DNA from: Proteus phage vB_PmiM_Pm5461
Sequence record: KP890823.1
Strand: one strand, 5' to 3'
DNA: 24,000 nt
Position numbers and translations under genes: made by a program. Below, in pieces: positions 1-8,252 of the stretch. How positions within the stretch are numbered: position 1 is the stretch's first letter; each line of letters begins with the position of its first letter. The notes beneath the pieces are model-generated. The model saw only the letters and a list, made by a program, of their open reading frames with translations, made no database searches and was not told where the DNA came from.

Positions 1-2046
1 TTATAATTCCTTAGGTTTCAAATAAGTATTAATGATTTTAATTTGTTTTTCTGTAAATTCTGGCAAATTATAAACATAATAATATAATACAGGGTATTTT
101 TCGCGAATATTCTTTTCAGAATTTTCAAATTCTTGTTCTTTTTGAGTTTCAAGTAAAGTCAGTTCATTGTATAAAGCTTCATCAGAACATAAAAGTATTC
201 TTTTTAATTCTAAATATAAATACAAATCTATAGCAGGCTTGTATTTTGGATTTAATAAAAGCATATCAATCCATGGAAGTTCTTTTAGAACATCACAATT
301 TAAAAAGTCAGAACTATATTCAACAGGAATATTATTAATATTTAAATTGAATGATTTAATTTTATCTGAAAGCATATCAATCATATTTTGTCCTTCAGAA
401 TATTTAAATGCTGCAGGTCTAATAACATGGAATTCTTGTATTCCTAAAAATTCACAAAGTTTAATTACGGCTCTATTAGCTATGTATTGCTTATTTTTGT
501 CTGAACATATAATTGTATTATCGTATGAATATAAAATAGGCCCTTTAATTTCTCGGACTTCTGATGCTGTTAAGTACAAGTCGCTTTTAGAAAAATACTT
601 ATTCCATTTATCTTCTTTCATTGTCCAAATTTGTACATTAGAAGCTTTTGGTCGGGCTTCAACAGGTTTAGAAGTTTTGTATTTGGTTCTTAAATAAGAT
701 AAATTATAGATTGATAAGTCATCACCCATGAAATCTTTTATTTGTTCTAGGGTTTGCGTTTCTGAATCTTTTAAAACAACACATAATCTATCAAAACCAA
801 AATCTTGCTTCATTCCACGAATTGTAGCAATTTTGTCTTTACCTTTACAATCATCAATTATAACTAATAAATTAGATACACCAAAATTTAAAATTGTGCT
901 AATATTTTGCTTATATTTAGTAGAACTATGATTAAGATTACTAATTCTAACCAATTTAGGATTATCACAAATATAATATCCTTGCAAATATAAGTCAGGA
1001 TAAGCTCTATATTTCGAGTGCAAATTTTTAATTGGTCCAAATTTTTTAGATTCAAAATATTTTTTTAAATATTCACACAAACGATACGGTTTAGTATTTA
1101 CATATCTTAGAACGGCCCTTTCAGAATCAATATCGTCGATTTCTTTTTGGATCTCTGTATATATTTCTTTTGTTATTTCTTCAACTCTTCTTTTAATATT
1201 GTTTACCGTGTCGTCGTCATACGAAATTTCTTCACGAGAAGGAGCAATATCAAGTTCACCTAGCTTAAAGCGAATAAATAGTTTACCTGGTTCACCTAAA
1301 GCACGTATTCCGGAAAAGTCAAAAGATTCACTCTTTAATGGATATCTAATTTTACCCATAATTGCATAAACTTCTGTTGAATCAACCGATAACCCGGAAT
1401 CTGCAAAAAAGTATTCATCTGTAGGTAAATAATTAACTTGAATCTGTGGGCCTACAAAATTGGGTTTAATGTCACAAAACGTGGCAAAAACATATAGTGC
1501 TTCATGATGCCATCTAGAAACATCTTTTTCTAAAACAGGAACAGTTATTTCTAATCCAGAAGGAGAATCATCTTCAACATCAAAAGTAGGAATTAACGAA
1601 GGTTCACCATTATCTAGACAAGCTGTATATCCACGAGCACGACCTTCAAATCTTGATACAATAGAAAATGTTTCTGTATATCCAAATGGAGATTTAGAAC
1701 CTAATCCTAAAGCACCAATAAAATCATTAGAATCTGATTTTGTAGATTCAAAATATGTGGTATACATATGAGTGACATCGTCATCGGATAATCCTGGACC
1801 GTAATCGCGAATAATAAATCTTGGATCAATAATAGATGGCAAAGTAACGTCAAAAGGATTAAAATGGCCTAATAAAGTATGAGCATCTGCGGCATTACAG
1901 CTCAATTCACGAATAATTGCTCTAATCTGATTAGTATATAAATTTTGTGACAAAACTTTAAAAGCTTTAGCAGATGTGGCAATTGTAAATTTGGTAGAAG
2001 TTTTATTACTACCTAACATTATTTCATTAGTATTATGTAATTTCAT
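1..2046 (-). CDS. rIIA: rIIA-like protein (GHKL-ATPase N-terminus)
   Basis: 681-aa ORF with GHKL ATPase motifs (IRELSCNAADAH, IIRDYGPGLSDDDV, GALGLGSKSPFGY) and T4 rIIA-like synteny next to topoisomerase genes 60/39. Confidence 0.85.
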   Translation of the reverse strand: MKLHNTNEIMLGSNKTSTKFTIATSAKAFKVLSQNLYTNQIRAIIRELSCNAADAHTLLGHFNPFDVTLPSIIDPRFIIRDYGPGLSDDDVTHMYTTYFESTKSDSNDFIGALGLGSKSPFGYTETFSIVSRFEGRARGYTACLDNGEPSLIPTFDVEDDSPSGLEITVPVLEKDVSRWHHEALYVFATFCDIKPNFVGPQIQVNYLPTDEYFFADSGLSVDSTEVYAIMGKIRYPLKSESFDFSGIRALGEPGKLFIRFKLGELDIAPSREEISYDDDTVNNIKRRVEEITKEIYTEIQKEIDDIDSERAVLRYVNTKPYRLCEYLKKYFESKKFGPIKNLHSKYRAYPDLYLQGYYICDNPKLVRISNLNHSSTKYKQNISTILNFGVSNLLVIIDDCKGKDKIATIRGMKQDFGFDRLCVVLKDSETQTLEQIKDFMGDDLSIYNLSYLRTKYKTSKPVEARPKASNVQIWTMKEDKWNKYFSKSDLYLTASEVREIKGPILYSYDNTIICSDKNKQYIANRAVIKLCEFLGIQEFHVIRPAAFKYSEGQNMIDMLSDKIKSFNLNINNIPVEYSSDFLNCDVLKELPWIDMLLLNPKYKPAIDLYLYLELKRILLCSDEALYNELTLLETQKEQEFENSEKNIREKYPVLYYYVYNLPEFTEKQIKIINTYLKPKEL

Positions 2047-2072
2047 TATTAACTCATTTGTCTATTATAGTA

Positions 2073-2264
2073 TTAATCATATAACTTATTATACAAGGTA
2101 CTAATACACGATTCAATATCGGGCCCTTTAATAGAGTAAAAGGACCCATCAATATATACTTCTAAAATATAACCCATCATTTCATGGATAGCACTTTCAA
2201 CACAATAGAAAGGAGAGCATTCCCCTTTATACATTTTATTTTTATATTCTATATGGATAACCAT
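2073..2264 (-). CDS. small hypothetical protein (63 aa)
   Basis: ORF in the same transcriptional direction, fitting tightly between neighbours. Confidence 0.5.
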   Translation of the reverse strand: MVIHIEYKNKMYKGECSPFYCVESAIHEMMGYILEVYIDGSFYSIKGPDIESCISTLYNKLYD

Positions 2265-2273
2265 ATTATTTCC

Positions 2274-2489
2274 TTAATCAAAAAATCCTGGTCTGTCTTC
2301 AAGTTTTTTATGAATACCGAATAATGCATCTTCGATAGAAATTCCATCTTCAACAATGGCTTCTCTTCTATTATTAAACACTTTAACTTGATAAGCAACT
2401 AATTCTACATGTAAAGCTGTTCTTTCATAAATTGGAAGTACGACTGTCCGTCGTACGCTTCCTTTATACCAAAACCCTACTTCTGTCAT
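2274..2489 (-). CDS. small hypothetical protein
   Basis: ORF track gives 2274..2501 from GTG. The ATG at 2489 (MTEVGFW...) overlaps the TGA of the upstream 60-like gene as ATGA and looks like the better start. Confidence 0.55.
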   Translation of the reverse strand: MTEVGFWYKGSVRRTVVLPIYERTALHVELVAYQVKVFNNRREAIVEDGISIEDALFGIHKKLEDRPGFFD

Positions 2490-3022
2490 GATTTCATCCA
2501 CTCTTTTCTAAGATCTGCATTATCACCAAATAACATTTCGAATAACTCTTCATAATTATCAGGCAATTCCACTATATCGTAAACCGGGTCCCTAACAACA
2601 CGTTTATATTCATTTGAAGTTAAAGAAGCTAGTCCTTTAATATACCGTGGTGCTGACCAGCCTTTTAATTTGGATTTTTCTTTTTCGTATTCTTCTACAT
2701 TATAATACCATTTCTGTTCATTACCTTTTTGAATAATAATTAAAGGTGTTTTACAAAAACGAATTCTTTGTTCTTTATATAATTCAGGCCATTTAGCAAA
2801 GAATGCTAATAGCGAAGGATATATGGAACCTTGTCCAATTATCTCTTTATTTGTGAGGTGTGTCAATGAGTAGCCCGAAGGCTACCCATCAACATCGGCA
2901 TCAGTCATAATAGCGATGTTATCATACATCATATTACTAGCGATAGAAGTTCTTTTAACAATAGTCTGGGCTTTATATTTAGTCATATCAATATCATTTT
3001 TATCGATTTTTGAGAATTTCAT
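2486..3022 (-). CDS. 60: DNA topoisomerase II TOPRIM-containing subunit, T4 gp60-like; expression predicted to need ribosomal bypassing: join(3022..2885, 2833..2486)
   Basis: Part 1 (3022..2885) starts at ATG after GAGG: MKFSKIDKNDIDMTKYKAQTIVKRTSIASNMMYDNIAIMTDADVDG, exactly 46 codons, then TAG. Part 2 after the GGA landing codon: QGSIYPSLLAFFAKWPELYKEQ...GDNADLRKEWMKS. The joined product of 161 aa is collinear with T4 gp60 (160 aa, from memory). Confidence 0.9.
2834..2887 (-). promoter_or_regulatory. T4 gene 60-type translational bypass element: take-off GGG (2887-2885), UAG stop, UUCG hairpin, GAG mini-SD, landing GGA (2836-2834)
   Basis: Minus strand reads GAT GGG TAGCCTTCGGGCTACTCATTGACACACCTCACAAATAAAGAGATAATTGGA CAAGGT. 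It closely resembles the T4 gene 60 coding gap, with the hairpin, the GAG six nt before the landing codon and the landing GGA all present. Confidence 0.85.
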
Positions 3023-3809
3023 TTTTAACCTCGTAATATTCTGTATTTGGTTTCCAGCCTTGTTTAAACATATTTAAGGCCTTCGCGTATAATTTACTTC
3101 GTTTTTCTATTCCTGACTTCTTCATCCATTTAGCAACACCAGTTGCTTTTGGGCGAGATTCATCATAATTTGTTATATACCAGTTGTATAGAGACTCTAT
3201 ATTAACAATAGATTCCTTTTCAGCACCAAACTTATTAAACCAGGGTCTAGAATCATTTACTTCTTTAGCTCTTTTTGTTGCATTATTCCAGTTACCAATG
3301 CCCTTAAGCCCAAGTTCATTTATTTTAGGGTCATCAACTTTGAGACGGTATATTTTCCCTGATTCATCCTTAAAATTTGTTACACCTTTTTCGCCTTCAA
3401 ATCTATTTCCGAAATTGTTTCCAACCCATTCATCTTTATTAAATGTTCCTTTAACAAGCAATTTGCATTTTCCAGTTTTAACATTTCTCATAGATACTTT
3501 ATCAGACATAAATGCTTTAGACCATTTACTAACTGCTTTTCTATGGGCCTTTCTTGCGAATTCATAAGATCGAGAATTTTTATTAGAGTTCAACATTCTA
3601 CCTAAAGCGAAAGCCATTTCTTTGTTTCTATGTATTTTATACAATAACAAATGAGCAAAGAAATGTTCTCTACATGTAAGCTTTACTAAATTAGATTTGT
3701 CGTTTGACCCACCCATAGATCTAGGTACAATGTGATGAATTTCGCCTTCTTCGGCAGGATTTTCCTGCCGAATTTTAATTAAACTATTATATATTTTAGA
3801 GTAATTCAC
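3000..3809 (-). CDS. free-standing HNH homing endonuclease splitting topoisomerase genes 39 and 60 (mobE-like position)
   Basis: HNH core 'GEIHHIVPRSMGGSNDKSNLVKLTCREHFFAHLLL'. GTG start at 3809 overlaps the 39-like gene end, and its 3' end overlaps the 60-like start at 3022. Confidence 0.88.
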   Translation of the reverse strand: MNYSKIYNSLIKIRQENPAEEGEIHHIVPRSMGGSNDKSNLVKLTCREHFFAHLLLYKIHRNKEMAFALGRMLNSNKNSRSYEFARKAHRKAVSKWSKAFMSDKVSMRNVKTGKCKLLVKGTFNKDEWVGNNFGNRFEGEKGVTNFKDESGKIYRLKVDDPKINELGLKGIGNWNNATKRAKEVNDSRPWFNKFGAEKESIVNIESLYNWYITNYDESRPKATGVAKWMKKSGIEKRSKLYAKALNMFKQGWKPNTEYYEVKNEILKNR

Positions 3810-5340
3810 TAACTTTAACCCAAGTTCCTTTTATTAGAATTTCGTCGTTTTCATTAACTATAACTTCTTTACCATCTATAATAGTTTTAAACCATTGCCC
3901 ATCTTTAGCGTATTCAAATGGAGATTCACCTAGTGTTAATCCTGTAATAGCCATTATATCAAAAGCTTCTTTACTCTTCATTATATCTACATCTTTCATA
4001 CCCCATGTATTTAAGAATTTACCTCTTAAAGGATATCCACCTTGAGTATCTTGAATACGAGAAGTCAATAATTCATTTAAAGCCGAATCTCCTTCTGTTA
4101 AAAACAATGTTGTTCCTTTACCTGGTTTTCCATAAAAGTTTGCTTTAATATGTTTTGCGACTTTGGCTTTTGCTGCTTTTTTAGCTGCTTTAGTGGCCGC
4201 AGCCTGTTCTGCCGCTAATTTACGGGCCAAAACAGCTTCAATAATAGGCATCAAGACGGTTTCAGTCTTCATTAATTGATTGGCAAGTTTTTTAACATCA
4301 ATATCCATGTGGTTTTTAACTTCACCCCATGTATTCGATAAACGTTCTTTTGTCTGTCCATCAAATTTTAAATCAGACATATCACGAACAAATAACAATA
4401 ATGTTAAACATTCTTTAATTCTTGCTTTTGTTACATCAATTTTAAACTTGCGTTTAATCATAGGGATTAATTCGGTACAGAACTCATCCATAAACCAATC
4501 GATATGAGAACCACCTTTCTTTGTATGGATATTATTGACATAAGAAATATGACGGAACCCATCAGGAGATCGTCCTATGGCGATAGAACAATTCTTTTGG
4601 TCATAGATAATAGAATCTTCATCAAATTGTTTTGAATACTTCTTGAAGTTCCCTGCAACCTTTTTACCATTAAATTTGAATTCGATATCAGGAAAAACAA
4701 CTGACATGGTCATTAAACGGTCTAATGTAATATCTTTATAGATATCAGATAAATTAGTATCTTCAAAATGTTCAAAATCTGGAACAAATTTTACTTCGGT
4801 TCCTTTGTATGTAGATTTTTTAGATTTCCAAGAAATATTTTCTGCACCATCAGTACAGTTAACTGTGATTTCATTTTTTCCATCTGAAGTAATACCGACA
4901 AACATAGTAGAAAAAATATTTGTAAGGGCGGAACCCACACCGTTCATGCCACCCGTTTTGCGTTTTGAGTCATCTCCAAAGTTACCACCAGCTCTTGAGC
5001 GGGTCCACGCAGCAACAGGACCTGGAATTTCTTCACCTTCAGGTGTAATAACCATTGATTGAGGTAATCCACGACCGTTGTCTTTAACTGTTACTGTATC
5101 ATTTTCAATAGTGACTTCAATTTTATTAGCAAATTTAAATTCAGTTCTAATAGCTTCGTCAACTGAATTGTCAATAATTTCATCAATAATTTTTACAATA
5201 CCAGGAACATACTTTATGGTCTTATATTCACCAAAAATAAATTGCTCAATATTTTCAGAAGCAGAAGAGCCAATATACATACCAGAACGTTTAATAATGT
5301 GTTCACGGTCACTTAAAATTTTAATTTCGTGGTTACTCAT
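3796..5340 (-). CDS. 39: DNA topoisomerase II large subunit (GyrB-type ATPase fragment), T4 gp39-like
   Basis: GHKL/GyrB motifs: EIIDNSVDEAIR, VTVKDNGRGLP, GGMNGVGSALTN, TLFLTEGDSALNELL (TOPRIM Glu motif). The ORF stops after TOPRIM begins, and the DxDxxG part is encoded by the 60-like gene. Confidence 0.93.
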   Translation of the reverse strand: MSNHEIKILSDREHIIKRSGMYIGSSASENIEQFIFGEYKTIKYVPGIVKIIDEIIDNSVDEAIRTEFKFANKIEVTIENDTVTVKDNGRGLPQSMVITPEGEEIPGPVAAWTRSRAGGNFGDDSKRKTGGMNGVGSALTNIFSTMFVGITSDGKNEITVNCTDGAENISWKSKKSTYKGTEVKFVPDFEHFEDTNLSDIYKDITLDRLMTMSVVFPDIEFKFNGKKVAGNFKKYSKQFDEDSIIYDQKNCSIAIGRSPDGFRHISYVNNIHTKKGGSHIDWFMDEFCTELIPMIKRKFKIDVTKARIKECLTLLLFVRDMSDLKFDGQTKERLSNTWGEVKNHMDIDVKKLANQLMKTETVLMPIIEAVLARKLAAEQAAATKAAKKAAKAKVAKHIKANFYGKPGKGTTLFLTEGDSALNELLTSRIQDTQGGYPLRGKFLNTWGMKDVDIMKSKEAFDIMAITGLTLGESPFEYAKDGQWFKTIIDGKEVIVNENDEILIKGTWVKVSELL

Positions 5341-5355
5341 TATATCTCCTTTAAA

Positions 5356-5694
5356 TTAAGAAGGCACCTTATCAAAAATAAAGACAAAAGCATTATGTTC
5401 TTCATTTGAATATGGAGGAATTGCCACTTCTAAATATTTTAAATCTTCTTCATACATATAAGAAGAAAAATCTTTAATATCTCTTAATGCGAATTCTTCA
5501 TGCTTAAGAAGGTCTCCTATTAATTTTGGGTTTGGGTCCCATACTTTAACACGTTTTCTATAAACATGTGTAATTCTAAAAGGCCTACTATCTAACATCC
5601 ATCGATACTTATCTAAAAGGGCCCATTGTTCTTTATATTCAGGGTTTAATCTATATAATTGATCACTATTTAGTGATTCTGCTTGTACCCACAT
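5356..5694 (-). CDS. hypothetical protein (112 aa)
   Basis: ORF with a strong SD (GGAGG) upstream of ATG at 5694. Confidence 0.6.
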   Translation of the reverse strand: MWVQAESLNSDQLYRLNPEYKEQWALLDKYRWMLDSRPFRITHVYRKRVKVWDPNPKLIGDLLKHEEFALRDIKDFSSYMYEEDLKYLEVAIPPYSNEEHNAFVFIFDKVPS

Positions 5695-5709
5695 ATAACC
5701 TCCATAAAA

Positions 5710-5723
5710 GGGACCGAAGTCCC
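5710..5723 (-). terminator. UUCG-capped intercistronic hairpin, terminator-like
   Basis: Minus strand: AGGGACTTCGGTCCCTTTTATGGAGG. GGGAC/GTCCC stem, UUCG loop, 3' TTTT, located between the stop at 5728 and the start at 5694. Confidence 0.65.
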
Positions 5724-5727
5724 TATA

Positions 5728-6162
5728 TTATTCAAAAAATACATCTAGCAATTTACGTATTGCTTCTGCCTGTTCTTTTGTAGTAACTTCCAAATTTAGT
5801 TTAACTGAATTAGGCTTTAAATTAAATACCTCACCAGTTGGTGGTTCCACAGGCATTATAGCAAGTGGAACATTCGACATAGACTCCGGGAGATAATCTA
5901 TTTCTTTACAATATTTTTCTAAATCATCGCCACAAAAAATATATAAAGGCATATCACTTGTATCAAATTCTAACCCATTAAAGAATTTGATTGTTTCAAA
6001 GCATGAGTAATCGTCTTTTGAATAGAAAAAAGGTGTTCCCACCAATTTATTTTCGGTAACAAATTTTTCAAATTCTTTAGCCCATACAGTTCCGTTATCA
6101 AGAATAAACGCATCAAAGGCCGATTGTGATTTAAAAACATACCGTTTCATATGGTCAATCAT
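5728..6162 (-). CDS. hypothetical protein, distant paralog of the next two ORFs
   Basis: Shares the pattern '(D/F)NG(L/M)xF' and a C-terminal 'TKxEAxxxxxxLLxxxxx'. The likely internal ATG start (MKRYVFKS) lies 12 nt inside the track ORF. Confidence 0.6.
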   Translation of the reverse strand: MIDHMKRYVFKSQSAFDAFILDNGTVWAKEFEKFVTENKLVGTPFFYSKDDYSCFETIKFFNGLEFDTSDMPLYIFCGDDLEKYCKEIDYLPESMSNVPLAIMPVEPPTGEVFNLKPNSVKLNLEVTTKEQAEAIRKLLDVFFE

Positions 6163-6163
6163 A

Positions 6164-6586
6164 TTATTGTCCTTTAAGATGTTCTAGTAATTCATTAATA
6201 AAGATAACAAGTTCTGTTTTAGAATTTAAAGTTTTTGCAGGAATTTCTAATTTAAATTCTTCTTTTTGATGGGAGTTCATATCCTTTGGAATATTTACAA
6301 AGAATTCTCTAAATTGTTTATCTTCTGTTTTAAATGTTAACAAACTACTATGAATAGGGATAGTATAAGATGGATAATATAAATCTGAAAATTCTAATCC
6401 ATTATCAAAAACACATCTTAAAAATGTATTTTCTGTACGATTAAAATAAACTGAAAATGGCATATCTTGTAAGTTGTTGTATATAACAAAATCTGCAAAA
6501 CTAGATTGGGCATTACAAAAACAACCGTATCTTGATACGTTAACACCCTTTTTAAATTTTAGACGTCCAATAAGTTCTTCTTTCAT
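6164..6586 (-). CDS. hypothetical protein, paralog group member
   Basis: ORF 140 aa: 'CVFDNGLEFSDLYYP', C-term 'SKTELVIFINELLEHLKG'. Confidence 0.65.
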   Translation of the reverse strand: MKEELIGRLKFKKGVNVSRYGCFCNAQSSFADFVIYNNLQDMPFSVYFNRTENTFLRCVFDNGLEFSDLYYPSYTIPIHSSLLTFKTEDKQFREFFVNIPKDMNSHQKEEFKLEIPAKTLNSKTELVIFINELLEHLKGQ

Positions 6587-6588
6587 AA

Positions 6589-7026
6589 TTATGATTCCAA
6601 GTATTCTAATAATTCATTGATCAGCACTTTTGCTTCAGCTTTATTAGTAATAGTTTTATTGATTACTAAGTCTTTAGAATTTAAGTCTGGTTTTGGTTTC
6701 TCAATATCTTTTACAGCTTCAATAAATTTAAAATTAGAATGTCTTAGTTCACATTTAGAACCTTCAATATTAAGTCCAAACGTATAGAATTCTAACCCAG
6801 TATCTGAAAATATCATACCATTATCAAATACAATTTCTAAATCATACCAAGCCGGGTTGGTTTCAATTAAATTAATGGTAAAACTATGGTGTTTTAATAA
6901 ATACTTATCTAAAAAGTCAGAAAATAATACACGTGTTGTATTAAATTCTTGTTGTTCTACATAGTGTTTGATACTAATTGGAGATTTAAATTTAAATCTC
7001 CCTAATGATTTAATAAATTTGCTCAT
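6589..7026 (-). CDS. hypothetical protein, paralog group member
   Basis: ORF 145 aa: 'IVFDNGMIFSDTGLEF', C-term 'NKAEAKVLINELLEYLES'. Confidence 0.65.
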   Translation of the reverse strand: MSKFIKSLGRFKFKSPISIKHYVEQQEFNTTRVLFSDFLDKYLLKHHSFTINLIETNPAWYDLEIVFDNGMIFSDTGLEFYTFGLNIEGSKCELRHSNFKFIEAVKDIEKPKPDLNSKDLVINKTITNKAEAKVLINELLEYLES

Positions 7027-7961
7027 AGCACGGCCTTAGCCCATTTAGTGGTTTTAGATTTAATTTGTTCATTTAAATCATCAATAACGATACACATTAG
7101 GTCTTTATCATTGACAAGTTCAAATTCTTGTTTATTACGATAGTTAAGCCATAATGTATCAATTAAGCAATTAATAACATCAGCGGCTTCACCTGTTGCA
7201 CATTCGTCAACTTCATCTTGACGAAATGTAGCTTTAGAGTATTCACCAATTTCTTCGACTAAATGGGCAAAAACCATACTTAAATCACGTTCTGGTGCTT
7301 TAATACACATTTTAACGGTCGGACTAATGTCTAAAATTGGTTCACAATCAAAATCAGGCTCTTTTAATGGCTCTTCTTTGAAGACAATCGGTGTTTGTTC
7401 ATATTGAATAATCTGAATACCTGATAATTCAAAAAATTCTTGTTCTCTGAAATCATAAGTATAACCACCAAGTTTAGACAAACAAACAAACGAGCCAAAT
7501 GATTCATTTAAATTAGTATATATAGTTCCGTTAATATATACAGCTAAAGGATTGCCATAATCGTCTGTTTTTAAAATCGTGACAATTTTAGATTTAGTAT
7601 TATGTAAAAATTTAAAAATAGGATAAAGACGTCTTTGTTCTTCTGTTTCGGGCCAGAATTTATTTAATTTATAAGAACGGCCTTCTTTGAACATAGGTTG
7701 ACGAGTAAATGATTCATCTAGAGTTTGTTCACCTAAAACACACCAGAATGAGTCATCATTTGATAATTCAACAATTTGATTATTGATTAAAATTTTAGAT
7801 GCACCATAATATTGCATTGCGTTGGAAACCGTCACATCTAAAATTTGGACTTCCATGTTATCAAAAAGACGAATTCCACGGTCTTCCATGATTCTATAAA
7901 ATGCACTGACTTGGTTTAAAGAAGCCAGGTTTAATGTATAGATAGAACCTTTACTAATCAT
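7023..7961 (-). CDS. two-part protein with C-terminal MazG-like nucleotide pyrophosphohydrolase domain
   Basis: C-term 'MVFAHLVEEIGEYSKATF...ATGEAADVINCLIDTLW' fits the MazG-like EExxE...ExxD metal-binding pattern. The ~200-aa N-terminal part is unrecognised. Confidence 0.65.
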   Translation of the reverse strand: MISKGSIYTLNLASLNQVSAFYRIMEDRGIRLFDNMEVQILDVTVSNAMQYYGASKILINNQIVELSNDDSFWCVLGEQTLDESFTRQPMFKEGRSYKLNKFWPETEEQRRLYPIFKFLHNTKSKIVTILKTDDYGNPLAVYINGTIYTNLNESFGSFVCLSKLGGYTYDFREQEFFELSGIQIIQYEQTPIVFKEEPLKEPDFDCEPILDISPTVKMCIKAPERDLSMVFAHLVEEIGEYSKATFRQDEVDECATGEAADVINCLIDTLWLNYRNKQEFELVNDKDLMCIVIDDLNEQIKSKTTKWAKAVL

Positions 7962-7965
7962 AATA

Positions 7966-8181
7966 TTATCCTTTTAAATTTTCAAAGAAAAATTCAGTTT
8001 TAGCAGTACTACCACAAGAACTGATAACACGTTTATAAACAGCAACGGCTTCATTATTTTCAATAACATATAAATTCGTCAGATGAATCGTATGAGACAC
8101 TTCTGAATCTTTTTGAACAACATTTAAAGTGTTTGAAAATAAAACATCTTCAAATTCATCACGTGTAATTACTTGTTCCAT
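7966..8181 (-). CDS. small hypothetical protein (71 aa)
   Basis: ORF downstream of a sigma70-like promoter; start preceded by GGGAG. Confidence 0.55.
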   Translation of the reverse strand: MEQVITRDEFEDVLFSNTLNVVQKDSEVSHTIHLTNLYVIENNEAVAVYKRVISSCGSTAKTEFFFENLKG

Positions 8182-8223
8182 TATAAACTCCCGTTATTTG
8201 TTTTGTTTCGTTTTGATGTAAGT

Positions 8224-8252
8224 ATAATACAAAATAAAAGAGGTCTTGTAAA
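8224..8252 (-). promoter_or_regulatory. sigma70-like promoter P1: TTTACA-N17-TATTAT
   Basis: -35 TTTACA at 8252-8247, 17-bp spacer, -10 TATTAT at 8229-8224, in an intergenic region. Confidence 0.65.

Noticed and set aside
2047-2110. Possible promoter with TATAAT upstream of rIIA
   Set aside because: TATAAT is present, but no convincing -35 at 16-18 bp or MotA-like box was found; the region is AT-rich, so chance matches are expected.
2486-2866. Independent 126-aa protein starting at TTG 2866 (MTHLTNKEIIGQGSIYP...)
   Set aside because: The start lies in the bypass gap/hairpin with no good SD. The homology to gp60 begins only after the GGA landing codon, and the upstream 46 codons complete the TOPRIM motif, so a bypass product is more likely.
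2882-2884. UAG as a simple inactivating mutation (pseudogene)
   Set aside because: The stop is flanked by all elements of the T4 gene 60 bypass (hairpin, GAG, landing GGA, nascent peptide), and the downstream reading frame is fully conserved.
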